Part shown: positions 25,501-37,130 of the stretch, piece by piece
Layout of the letters: the number at the start of each line of letters is the position of its first letter
How positions within the stretch are numbered: position 1 is the stretch's first letter
From: Leucoraja ocellata
Taxonomy: Eukaryota
Assembly: GCA_036785375.1 (NCBI GenBank)
Contig: JAWMAR010000622.1
Coordinates: 744,001 to 808,000, forward strand
Length of the DNA: 64,000 nt
Reading direction: 5' to 3'
Program-made: the position numbers and the translations under genes
Notes under the pieces: generated by a model
Database searches by the model: none
Told to the model about the DNA's origin: nothing
The model's input: only the letters and a program-made list of their open reading frames with translations

Positions 25501-28500
25501 CAGGGAATGCAGACCCAGATGGGGAGGTATTTCTTTCATCGGGGGGTGGTCAATCTGTGGAATTATTTGCCACAGAAGGCTGTGGAGGCCAAGTCAATTG
25601 ATATTGTTTAAGGCAGAGATTCTCGACTAGTACGGGTGTCTCGATTTATATGGAGATCGCAGGAGAATTATGTTAGGAGGGAGAGATAGATCAGGCATGA
25701 TGGAGTGACGTGGTACACTTGATGGGCCGAATGACCTTATTCTGTTCCTATCACATGACATTATGATCTTGTGAACAGGGATTAAAATCCTGTCCTAACC
25801 CATCCGGACCCGACTGGATCCCATTTTTTAAAACGCAACCTGCGTTCGTAACCCTTGCATTCCCTCTCTCTCCGTCCCTCCCCCACCCTGCCTCTCTTGC
25901 TAATTTCACCTCCTTCGTCATCACGTCGTCCCCAGCCAACAATGGACCATTGTGGGCTCCACCTTTCCCGAGTGATCTATGCCGGCACTGCTTTGTTCTG
26001 TACCTTCCCATACCTCAATATCCTTCTCCCCCGATTCTGAATCTGATGAAGGGTCTCGACCCGAAAGCTCACCAATACCTTTTTCTTCCAGAGATGCTGC
26101 CTGACCCGCTGAGTTACCCATGCATTTTGTGTCTATCCTCTGCGTCCACTCTTGCGGGTTGTCTCATTATGTCTCGGCTTGTACTCGCTAGAATTTAGAA
26201 GATTGAGGGGGGATCTTATAGAAACTTACAAAAGTCTTAAGGGGTTGGACAGGCTAGATGCAGGAAGATTGTTACCGATGTTGGGGAAGTCCAGGACAAG
26301 GGATCACAGCTTAAGGATAAGGGGGATATCCTTTAAGACCGAGATGAGAAAAAACATTTTCACACAGAGAGTGGTGAATCCCTGGAACTCTCTGCCACAG
26401 AAGGTAGTTGAGGCCAGTTCATTGGCTATATTTAAGATGGAGTTAGATGTGGCCCTTGTGGCTAAAGGGATCAGGGGGCACGGAGAGAAGGCAGGTACAG
26501 GATACTGAGTTGGATGGTCATCCATGATCATATTGAATGGCGGTGCAGGCTCGAAGGGCCGAATGGCCTCTACTCCTGCACCTATTTTCTATGTATCAAT
26601 GTATCTATGATCTGAAGAGGGGTCCCGACCCGAACTGCCCCTTTAGACTTCATACATTAGAATTTAGATACAGTGCGGGAACAGGCTCTTCGACCCACAG
26701 AATCCCCACCTACCAGCGATCACCCCGTACACTATCACTATCCTACACACAGGGACAAATTTACAGAAACGAATTACCCGACAAATCCAGCACGTCTTTG
26801 TGCTGTGGGAGGAAAACCGGAAAACCCGGAGAAAACCCGCGCGGTCACAGAGAGAACGTACAAACTCCACACAGGCCGAATCCGCAGTCTCCACCCAGGA
26901 ACCAGATTCTCTGGCGCTGTAAAATGCCCCTGTCCCACTTAGGAAACCTGAGCGGAATCCTCTGGAGACTTTACGCCCCACCCAAGGTTTCCGTGCGGTT
27001 CCCGGAGGTTGCAGGTGGTTGCCGGAGGTTGCGGGTAGTGGAAGCGGGTAGGGAGACTGACAAAAACCTCCGGGAACCGCACGAAACCCTTGGGTGGGGC
27101 ACAAAGTCTCCAGAGGTTTCCGTTCAGGTTTCCTAAGTGGGACAGGGGCATGAGGGAGCAACTCTACGCTGCACCTCAACTATCCATGTTCTCCAGCGAT
27201 GCTGCCTGACCAGTTGAGGTACTCCAGCATTTTGTGTTCTCGTTATCATCTTCTCCTTTCGGGAAACTCCCGCGCCCCATAGATTGGGGGCGCGTAGAGC
27301 GACTAATTGATTTCATCCACCACGGGCCAGCAGCGGCCATGTGGGCCAAATGGCCGCATGCACGGCTGCAGTAAATTTGGGGAGGAAACAACAGATGTCT
27401 CACATTCAGGCCGATGCCGTGTGACACTGGGCTTGGCGTTGTATGGGGGAGGTGCGGGCGCCGGCAGGTCGCCCACTCTCACAGGCATTTCACCTCTGAC
27501 CAAGTCACCAACTTGCATTAAGCTAAGCCCGTGGGCTGCCTGTGGGTAGATGACCTATCTTTGAATATTTAGTTGTGAGTCTTGTTGCTAAGTGTGCAGG
27601 TCTCATGCAGGTGTGCAGGTCTCATGCTCTCGCTGCGGTTTCATGAGGAAAAGCGTAGCCTTCAACCACCGTCCTCGCTACTAAATCGTGCCCATCGCTC
27701 TACATTCGACCAGACCTGATCGAAGTATGCAACATTATGATAGGCATAGAGGGGGTGGACAGTCAGAACCATTTTTCCAGGGTGAAAATGTCAAAGACTC
27801 GAGGGCCCAGCTTTTCATTCAGAGGAGCAAAGTTCAAATGAGATTGTCAAAGAGTTATAGTCACCCAGTGGGGAACAGGCCCTTCGGCCCAACTTGCCCA
27901 TACCGGCCAATATGTGTTCGGCCCATACCCCTTTAAACCTAACCTATGGTATTGGCGGTAGGGTGTTGACATGGATTGAAAATTGGTTGGCTGACCGGAA
28001 GCAAAGAGTAGGAGTGAACGGGTCCTTTTCACAATGGCAGGCAGTGGCGAGTGGAGTGCCGCAAGGCTCGGTGTTGGGGCCGCGACTGTTTACCATATAT
28101 ATTAATGATTTGGAAGAGGAAATTAGGAGCAACACTAGCAAGTTTGCGGATGGCACAAAGGTGGTGGCAGTGTGAACTGTGAAGAGGATGTTAGGAGGTT
28201 GCAGGGTGACCTGGACAGGTTGAGTGAGTGGGCAGATGCGTGGCAGATGCTGTATAATATAGATAAATGTGAGGTTATCCACTTTGGCGGCAAAAACAAG
28301 GGGGCAGATTATTATCTCCATGGGGTTAGGTTAGGTAAGGGGGAGGTGGGCGTCCTTGTACACCGGTCACTGAAAGTTATCGTGCAGGTACAGCAGGCAG
28401 TGAAGAAAGCTAATGGAAATGTTGGCCTTAATAACAAGAGGATTTCAGTATAGGAGTAAAGAGGTTCTTCTGCAGTTGTACAGGGCTCTGGTGAGACCAC

Positions 28501-31500
28501 ATCGGGAGCATTGTGTACAGTTTTGGTCTCCTAATTTGAGCAAGGACATCCTTGTGATTGAGGCAGTGCAGCGTAGGTTCACGAGATTGATCCCTGGGAT
28601 GGCGGGACTGTCATACAGGGAAAGATTGAAAAGACTCGGCTTGTATTCGCTGGAGTTTAGTAGGATGTGGGGGAGGGGAGGGGGTGAGGATCTTATAGAA
28701 ACATATAAAATTATAAAAGGACTGGACAAGCTAGATGCAGGAAAAATGTTCCCAATGTTGGGCGAGTCCAGAACCAGGGGCCACAGTCTTAGAATAAAGG
28801 GGAGGCCATTTAAGACTGAGGTGAGAAAAAAACCTTTTCACCCAGAGAGTTGTGAATTTATGGAATTCCCTGTCACAGAGGCCAGTGGAGGCCAAGTCAC
28901 TGGATGGATTTAAGAAAGAGTTAGATAGAGCTCTAGGGGCTAGTGGAGTCAAGGGATATAGGGAGAAGGCAGGCACGGGTTATTGATAGGGGATGATCAG
29001 CCATGATCACAGTGAATGGGGCTGCTGGCTCGAAGGGCCAAATGGCCTCCTCCTGCACCTATTTTCTTTGTTTCTATCTTTCTATCATGTACCTGTCTAA
29101 ATGTTTCTTAAACGTTGGCGATTGTCCCAGCCTCAACTACCTCCTCCGGCAGCTTGTTCCATACACCCACCACCTTTTGTGTGAAAAAGCTACCCCTCCG
29201 ATTCCCATTGCATCCTTTCCCGTGGTAGAGTCTACACTAGTTCTGGCTCTGTGAGGCAGCAACTCTACCGATACAGTACTGTGACAATTTTACAGTAGCC
29301 CCCTCCCCCAGACCCTCACAATACTCTGGGCATGTTTGATCCATATGAACCCTGGCCAACGGTCAACAGACCAAATGTAGAGGTTTACCGGCGACCCGTG
29401 GTGTAACAACTCTTTCTGACAGACGGTGACAGCGGAGCGACTTGCCCCTTGCTCTCTGGAAGTGACATTTTGATCGCCGCCGCGCTTGGACTTGTGTTCG
29501 GGATCGCCGCGTTGTCCTGCCTGTACCTGGTTAAACATCGGATCGGTGAGTGACTGAGCTCCTTCCAGGGGTGTTCCTTAGATATCGGGCAAGGGGCCGG
29601 TCAAAGGATTACTCGAGGATTGGTAACTGCCCGGGTTTTTCAGATGCCAGCGCACCGTGCGAGTTGAGTTCTCTCAAGAATATTTCCCGGAACATCGGAG
29701 TTTGAAGGGAGACTTGATAGAAGTCACAGAGTTATAGAATCATGGAGTGATACATTGTGGAAACAGGCCGTTCAGCCCAACTTGTCCATACTGACCAACA
29801 TTCCCCATCTACACCCGTCCTACCTGCTCGCGTTTGATCCACATCCCTCCAAACCTGTCCAAATCCATGTACCTGTCTAACTGTTTCTTAAACGTTGATA
29901 TAACCCCTGCCTCAACTACCACCCCTGGCAGTTTTTTTCATAAACCCACCACCCTTTGTGTGAAAACGTTACCTGTCAGGTTTCTATTAAATCCTTTCCC
30001 CTTCTCCTTCAACCTATGTCCCTCTGGTCCACGATTCACCTACTCTTGTTAAGAGACTCTGTGCATCAACCCGATATGTTCCTCTCATGATTTTATACAC
30101 CTCAACAATACCATCACACTTCATCCTTCTGAGCTCCAAGGAATAGAGTCCCAACCCTGAGTTCTAGCCCTGGCAACATCCTTGTAAATCTTCTCTGCAC
30201 CTTTTCTAGTTTGACAGTATATTTTGTATAACATGGTGGCCAGAACTGAACGCGATACTCTAAATGTGGCTTCACCAACGTCTTATACAAATCCCCACCA
30301 CGGGCGCTGTCTGTACGGAGTTTGTACGCTCTCCTCGTGACCGCGTGGGGTTTCTCCGAGATCTTCGGTTTCCTCCGACACTCCGAAAACGCACAGGCTT
30401 GTAGGTTAACTGGCTTGGTATAAATGCAAATTGCCCTGCGTGTGCGGGGGTCGCTGGTCGGTGCAGACTTGGGGGGCCTGTTTTCGCGCTGCATCGCCAA
30501 AGGAAGGATAGCAAAGTTGAACATTTAGACAGGTACATGGATAGGATTGGTTTAGAGGTGCACGAAATATTGGAGTAACTCAGTGAGCAACTCAGCAGGA
30601 CAGGCAGCATCTCTGGATAGAAGGAATGGGTGACGTTTCGGGTCGAGACCCTTCTTCAGACTGAGGATATGGGCAAAAACGCACGCAGTGGGTCCAGTGC
30701 AGATGGGGCATGTTGATCAGTGTGGGCAAGTTGGGCCGAAGGGCCTGTTTCCATGACTCGTGTCCCATATAATATTCTGAATTATCGGGATTTTATCTGT
30801 TTTAATGTAATCTACCACCCTGCCTCGCAAATCTGCTCCCTGCTAAATTACAATACGAAATCATCAATTTCATTCTAATTTCCAATATATGATCTAAAGC
30901 GAATGGGACGTCTAATTGTTATTTAATTACCACTGATTAGAATCTTCTCTGATTACATGCAGACTTGCTTCACCAATGTTCATTTCATTTGAACATCGAA
31001 TCATTAATTTCATTCTAACTTCCTTTAACAGAAAACGGCTGATTTCAATCTAATCTATTTCACTATAATCTGAAATTATTGATCATAATGTGTTCGCAAT
31101 TGAAAGCGTGAATCGTTGTTCTGCGCATTACAATATAAACCAGATGATTTCGATGTAGATTTAGTTTAGAGATACAGCGCGAAAACAGGCCCTTCGGCCC
31201 ACTGAGTCATAGAAATATAGAAACATAGAAAATAGGTGCAGGAGTAGGCCATTGGGCCCTTCGAGCCTGCACCGCCGTTCAATATGATCATGGCTGATCA
31301 TCCAACTCAGTATCCCGTACCTGCCTTCTCTCCATACCCCCTGATCCCTTTAGCCACAAGGGCCACATCTAACTCCCTCTTAAATATAGCCAATGAACTG
31401 TGGCCTCAACTACCTTCTGTGGCAGAGAATTCCACAGATTCACCACTCTCTGTGTAAAACATGATTTTCTCATCTCGGTCCTAAAAGACTTCCCCCTTAT

Positions 31501-34500
31501 CCTTAAACTGTGACCCCTTGTTCTGGACTTCCCCAACATCGGGAATAATCTTCCTCCATCTAGCCTGTCCAACCCCTTAAGAATTTTGTAAGTTTCTATA
31601 AGATCCCCCCTCAATCTTCTGAATTCTAGCGTGTACAAGCCGAATCTATCCAGTCTTTCTTCATATGAAAGCCCTGCCATCCCAGGAGTCCACGCCGACC
31701 AGCGATCCCCGCACTATCCTACATACACTAGGTGTAAGTTATAGTGACACCAAGCCAATAAACCTTTAGTTTATTTGTAGTTGTGGAGGAAACTGGAGCA
31801 CCCGGAGAAAACCCACGCAGCTCACGGGGAGAACCTACGAACTCCATACAAAACAGCACCCATAGTCAGGATCGAACCCGGGTTTCTGGCGCTGTGAGCA
31901 GCAAATCTACCGCTGAGCAACCGTGCCGCCCTGATATATGAATGTCGAGCGTGGTTAATTGTAAAGAGTTCGCTTGTGTTTCAGTTCCATTCCAATCCCA
32001 CACAAGAGATTAATGTGCAATATTAGACCACATGGTATTGGAGCTAAGGCATTGACATGGATAGAGGGCTGGTTGGTAGATAGGATGCAAAGAGTAGGAA
32101 TTAACGGGTCCCTTTTCAGAATGGCAGGCAATGATTAGTAGGGTGCAGCAAGGCTCAGTGCTGGGACCCCAGTTATTTACAAATTATAACCGATTTAGTC
32201 GAAGGACTTAAATATAACATCTCCAAGATGACACAAAGCTGGGTGGCAGGGTGAGCTGCGAGAAAGATGCTTTGAGGCTGCAGTGTGACTTGGATAGGTT
32301 TGGTGAGTGGGCAGAAGATTGGCAGATGCAGGATAATGTAGATAAAAGTGAGGTTATCCACTTTGGTGGCAAGAACAAGAAGGCAGGTTATTATCTGAAT
32401 GGTGTCAGATTGGGGAAAAAGGGAGGTGCAACGAGACTTGTACATCAGTCATTGAAAGTAAGCATGCAGGTACAGCAGGCAGTGAAGAAAGCAAATGCCA
32501 CGTTGGCCTACATAGCGAGATGATTGAAGCATAGGAGCAAGGAGATCCCTCTGCAGTTGCACATGGTCCTAGTGAGACCGCAACAGAGTTTGTGTGCAGT
32601 TTTGGTCTCCTAATTTGAGGAAACACATTCTTGCTGTTGAAGGAGTAGGTTCACCAGATTAATTCCCGGGATGGCGGGAATGACATATGATGAAATAATG
32701 GATCGACTGGGCTAGCATTCACTGGAATTTAGAAGGATGAGAGGATATCTTATAGAAACATGTAACATTCTTAAAGGGTTGGACAGGCGAGATGCAGGAA
32801 AAAATGTTCCCGATGTTGGGGTAGTCCAGAACCAGGGGTCACAGTTTAAGAATAAGGGGTAGACCATTTAGGATCGAGATGAAGATAAACCCAGACAGTT
32901 GGGAATCTGTGGAATTCTCTGCCACATAAGGCAGTGGAGACCAATTCACTGGATGTTTTCAGTGGAGTTAGATATCGCTCTTGAAGCTAATGGAATCAAT
33001 GGATATGGGGAGAAAGCAGGACCGGGGTACTGATTTTGGATGGTCAGCCATGATCATATTGAATGGTCGCTGGCTTAAAGAGCCGAATGGCATAATTCTG
33101 CACCTATTATCTATGTTTCTATTTCCATGTTCAGCCGCCTGTACGGATTCGAGCTGCTTTGATGGGTCCCCTGATTTTGTTCGTCGATCGAACAGCCAGG
33201 TACTTGTCATTTTCACTTCGTTCTTTGATCTCGTTCAGTTTACCCAGCTAGAGTTTTAAGAGATACTGCATGGCCCTTCCACTCACCGAGACCACACCGA
33301 CCAGCGATCACCCATTCACGCTAGTTCTAACTTACACAGTAGGGGCAATCTCAGTTCCGTTCAGTTTAGTTTATTGTCACGTGTACCGAGGCGCAGTGAA
33401 AAGTTTTCTGCTGCGTGCTATCCAGTCAGCAGAAAAACAATACATGATTACAATTAATCCACGGATAGATACGATAGAAACATGGAAATTAGGTGCAGAA
33501 GTAGGGCATTCGGCCCTTCAAGCCAGCTCCGCCATTCAATATGATCATCCAAAATCAGTACCCCATTCCTGCTTTTTTCCCATATCCCTTGATTCCGTTA
33601 GCCCGAAGAGCTAAATCTAATTCTAGCTTGAAAACATCCAGTGAATTTGCCTCCACTGCCCTTTCCGTGGCAGAGAATTCCACACGTGCACAATTCTCTG
33701 GGTGAAAAGATGTTTCCCTCATCTCAGTGCGAAATGACCTACACCCTATTCTTAAACTGGGGGGGGCTGATTCTCGCGGTGTGTCTTTTCACACTTCTCG
33801 ACCTTTTGCCTGATGGAAGAGGGGATAAGAGGGAATGGCTAGGGTTATGCTGCTGAAATCTCTGCAATAACCAACCTGACCTCCCGGTGGCTCAGTACTT
33901 CAACTCCCCCTCCCATTCTGTATCCGACCTCTCTGTCCTGGGCCTCCTCCACGGCCAGAGCGAGCACCACCGGAAATTGGAGGAACAGCACCTCATATTC
34001 CGCTTGGGGTGTCTCCATCCTGAGGGCATGAACATTGAATTCTCCCAATTTTGTTAGCCCTTGCTGTCTCCTCCCCTTCATCAACCCTCAGACTGTCTCC
34101 TCCCACCCCTCAGCCCTCGGGCTCCTCCTCCTCCCTTTTCCTTTCTTCTCCCCGTGATGGTGTTGAGATGTAAATACTGTGCGAAGTTTAAATGAAACCG
34201 TGAAAAAATATTGAGGGTAGAAATATTGTGCTGCATTGTCCTGTTTATCCCAACGTCGACGTTGATAATTCTGCTGCTCGGAGTGCGGTGTGATATATAT
34301 GTAGTGTTGTAAGAATAGTATGTAATGTTAATTCAGGGCTGTTGCGGTGCTGAAATATCCGTCTCTATTCTATTTCTTTCCAGCTGCCCCGGGGACAACA
34401 TATCATCTACTCGAGCCTCAATGTGAAACCAGCGCGGACACAGAGAGAGACTTCGGGAGACGGGGAGGATTCACACGAGGATTCACCGGGAGACTCGGTG

Positions 34501-37130
34501 TCGACGCGCGGGCAGTTCGCGGAAGAGCAGGAGAAGGTACCAATAGTAAACATTTTAACAATTGGCGACCGCAATCCAAGAGTCAAGGGGGTTTTATTGT
34601 CGTATGTTCCAGATAGAATAATACAATTCTTACTTGTAGCAGCACAACAGAATGTGTAAACATGGCACACTGTAAACAATGGAATAAACGAGAAAAAATT
34701 ATTTCAGTGTGTGTATATACATACACAAACTCNNNNNNNNNNNNNNNNNNNNNNNNNNNNNNNNNNNNNNNNNNNNNNNNNNNNNNNNNNNNNNNNNNNN
34801 NNNNNNNNNNNNNNNNNNNNNNNNNNNNNNNNNNNNNNNNNNNNNNNNNNNNNNNNNNNNNNNNNNNNNNNNNNNNNNNNNNNNNNNNNNNNNNNNNNNN
34901 NNNNNNNNNNNNNNNNNNNNNNNNNNNNNNNNNNAACAATAATGGTGGATTAACAACAATATGTAGTTCAGAGATTGAGGGATGTTCTAGTGTATCCTAC
35001 CTAGTACAAGTTTAAATGAGTTTATTGTCATGTGGCCGTGGTAACGATAGCCCGGGAGTGAGTGAAAGAGACTTGTTAACTGATGGGCCTCTTCTAATTC
35101 AGGGCAACTTTTCTAATGCAAAGTGCTGGAGAAACACATCGCTCCTGTAACTCAGTGGGTCAGGCAGCACCTCTGGTGGATGTGGGTGGGCCACGTTCGA
35201 GTCGGCGCACTTGTTCAGATTAATTTATCTGTTTCCTTCAGAAAGAACGGGTGTGGGCGGGGGCGGGGGCGGGGGCGGGGGGGGGGGGGGGGTAGTAGGA
35301 GGATGGGGCATAGGGGGAGGGGAGTGGCGTGGGTGAAGAGCTGGGAGTGAGAGAAGACCGGGACAGAGCAAGACCGGCCATAGATGGCCTCAGGCAGAGT
35401 GGTGCCCTGCTGGGCCCTATTGTTGACATGGGGAAGAGTGATCTGAAGAGTGGGACAACGTGGAGAGCTGAGCAAATGGTTAAAAGACGGGGGGGGGGGG
35501 GGGGGGGGGGGGAGGACAGGGAGAATGGGAGGGGTGATGGAGGGAGGAAGGGAGAGAGGGGGAGGGAATTGGGCATTGGGAGGACGGGGAATAACACATT
35601 GTCCCTGGCGTGAATGTGGAGAATGATGTATGGCGCTATTACAGCGGTTCAATGTGTCCAATGTTGACGCGATACTGGTGCTGCATTTCAATGGCATCAC
35701 GGGGCATCACGGGGCAATGAAACAGGTCCTTAAGCCCATAGAGTCACAGAGTCAGTCAAGGAATCTGACCAACTCGTCCACGCCAATCCACAGGCCCCAT
35801 CTGAGCTGTTGCAACATACCCACGTTTGCCCCATACTCAACGAAACATTTATTTTCCACGCATCTGCCCCAATGCCTATTCAATATTGTTATTGCACCTG
35901 CCTCAACCTCGCCCTCTGGCGGCTCATTTTATTCACGTCTGGGTCAACAATCAAGGGGCCAAATGCTGAAGTAACTCAGCGAGTCAGGCAGCATCTCTGG
36001 AGTGAAGGAATGGGTGATGTTTAGGGTCATAGAAACATAGAAAATAGGTGCAGGAGTAGGCCATTCGGCCCTTCGAGCCTGCACCGCCATTCGATATGAC
36101 CATGGCTGATCATCCAACTCAGTATCCCATCCCTGCCTTCTCTCCATACCCCTTGATCCCTTTAGCCACAAGGGCCACATCTAACTTCCTCTTAAATATA
36201 GCCAATGAATGTGGCCTCAACTACCTTCTGTGGCAGAGAATTCCACAGATTCACCACTCTCTCTGTAAAACATGATTTTCTCATCTCGGTCCTAAAAGAC
36301 TTCCCTCTTATCCTTAAACGGTGACCCGTTGTTCTGGACTTCCCCAACATCGGGAATAATCTTCCTGCATCTAGCCTGTCCAACCCCGTATGAATTTTGT
36401 ACGTTTCTATAAAATCCCCCCTCAATCTTCTGAATTCCAGCGAGTACAAACCGAGTCCATCCAGTCTTTCTTCATATGAAAGTCCTGACATCCCAGGAAT
36501 CAGTCTGGTGAACCTTCTCTGTACTCCCTCTATGGCAAGAATGTCTTTCCTCAGATTAGGAGACCAGGGTCCTAATTAGGGTCGAGGCCCTTCTTCAGAA
36601 TTCTCTTCCTATCTAGGGACTAATCAATACTCGGGATTCCAAGGTGCCACGTGACATTACTGCGAGCGTGAATAGTTCAGTTTAGTTTAGTGATACAGCG
36701 CGGAAACAGGCCCTCCGGCCCACCGAGGCCGCGCCTACTAGCGATCCCCGTACACTCGCTCTATCCTACACACACTAGGGAACATTTAAAATATGTACCA
36801 AAGCGAATACACCTACACACTTGTACGTCTTTTTGAAGTGTGGGCGGTAACCGGAGCACCCGGACAAATGCCAATGCAGGTCACGGGGTGAAACGGACAA
36901 ACTCCGCACAGGCAGCAATTGTTATCCGGATTGAGCCCGGGTCTCCGGCGCTGTGAGAGAGCAACTCCAGCGGGAGCGGAGAATCAGTTGACAACGGAGC
37001 TGTATTTCACCGTCTCAATTGTGTTTGCTTGTAGGTGCTCGGTGGGCAAGAAATCGCTTATGCGTATCTGAATCTGAAGCCGAAACGGAGACAAAGTGAG
37101 TCCCCTGAGGCAGACGGGGAGATTCATTGA
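19527..37130 (+). CDS. Uncharacterised type I membrane protein with a mucin-like short ectodomain and two ITIMs (199 aa); exons 19527-19554, 24392-24526, 29423-29545, 33135-33199, 34384-34536, 37035-37130
   Basis: Six GT-AG-bounded exons with compatible phases (1,1,1,0,0) sum to 600 nt: [199 protein letters not shown]. Confidence 0.8.
19780..20540 (-). mobile_element. CR1 LINE 3' fragment with an uninterrupted ORF2 C-terminus
   Basis: 234-aa ORF: [39 protein letters not shown]. Confidence 0.92.
22110..22735 (+). mobile_element. CR1 LINE 3' fragment
   Basis: [15 protein letters not shown]... with a frameshift; TTTCTATG tail. Confidence 0.9.
23664..23724. repeat. (TTTAG)n microsatellite, expanded SINE tail
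   Basis: ~12 perfect units adjoining a minus-strand V-SINE. Confidence 0.9.
23864..24049. mobile_element. Penelope-derived foldback element inserted in a SINE
   Basis: ~150 bp near-perfect hairpin centred on ACGTTTCGGCCCGAAACGT; 12-bp direct repeat CCTTTAAACCTG at 23852-23863 and 24050-24061. Confidence 0.65.
24392..24526 (+). CDS. ITIM gene exon 2 (end of signal peptide, Ser/Thr-rich stalk)
   Basis: CTGACTTTTGTTTAG| acceptor, 135 nt open, CAG|GTAGA donor. Confidence 0.75.
24585..25083 (+). mobile_element. CR1 LINE 3' fragment
   Basis: [24 protein letters not shown]...; tail present. Confidence 0.9.
26175..26605 (+). mobile_element. CR1 LINE 3' fragment
   Basis: ORF 26152-26508 is a CR1 C-terminus. 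Confidence 0.9.
26925..27150. mobile_element. Full-length Harbinger-like MITE nested in a V-SINE
   Basis: TIRs TGCCCCTGTCCCACTTAGGAAACC / GGTTTCCTAAGTGGGACAGGGGCA, arms ~85 bp. Confidence 0.8.
27940..29075 (+). mobile_element. CR1 LINE fragment including the RT core
   Basis: [27 protein letters not shown]; frameshifted. Confidence 0.92.
29423..29545 (+). CDS. ITIM gene exon 3 (transmembrane)
   Basis: TCTTTCTGACAG| acceptor, 22-aa hydrophobic helix followed by KHR, donor G|GTGAGT. Confidence 0.82.
31209..31685 (-). mobile_element. CR1 3' fragment inserted in a V-SINE (31160-31932)
   Basis: GAGTC duplicated at 31204-31208 and 31686-31690. Confidence 0.88.
32030..33123 (+). mobile_element. 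Older, degenerate CR1 LINE fragment
   Basis: RT-region similarity with stops and frameshifts; tail ends just before ITIM gene exon 4. Confidence 0.85.
33135..33199 (+). CDS. ITIM gene exon 4 (juxtamembrane)
   Basis: 65 nt; its phase 1 to 0 switch is exactly what is needed to join exons 3 and 5; CAG|GTACTT. Confidence 0.68.
33866..34150 (+). mobile_element. Penelope-like element GIY-YIG C-terminal relic (similar relic ~46155-46385)
   Basis: [55 protein letters not shown]. Confidence 0.75.
34384..34536 (+). CDS. ITIM gene exon 5 (ITIM IIYSSL)
   Basis: TTTCTTTCCAG| acceptor, 153 nt open, AAG|GTAC donor. Confidence 0.8.
36028..36566 (-). mobile_element. CR1 3' fragment (mirror copy ~61400-61938 +)
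   Basis: CR1 ORF2 C-terminus; TTAGGGTC direct repeats flank it. Confidence 0.88.
37035..37130 (+). CDS. ITIM gene exon 6 (ITIM IAYAYL, stop)
   Basis: GTTTGCTTGTAG| acceptor, 31 aa then TGA at 37128-37130. Confidence 0.8.
   Translation: MLGGQEIAYAYLNLKPKRRQSESPEADGEIH

Noticed and set aside
29423-29545. TM exon as a DAP12/DAP10/CD3-zeta-type activating adaptor (Cys plus Asp near the TM)
   Set aside because: The Asp is at the helix boundary rather than mid-membrane, and the tail has ITIMs 51 aa apart rather than an ITAM or YxxM
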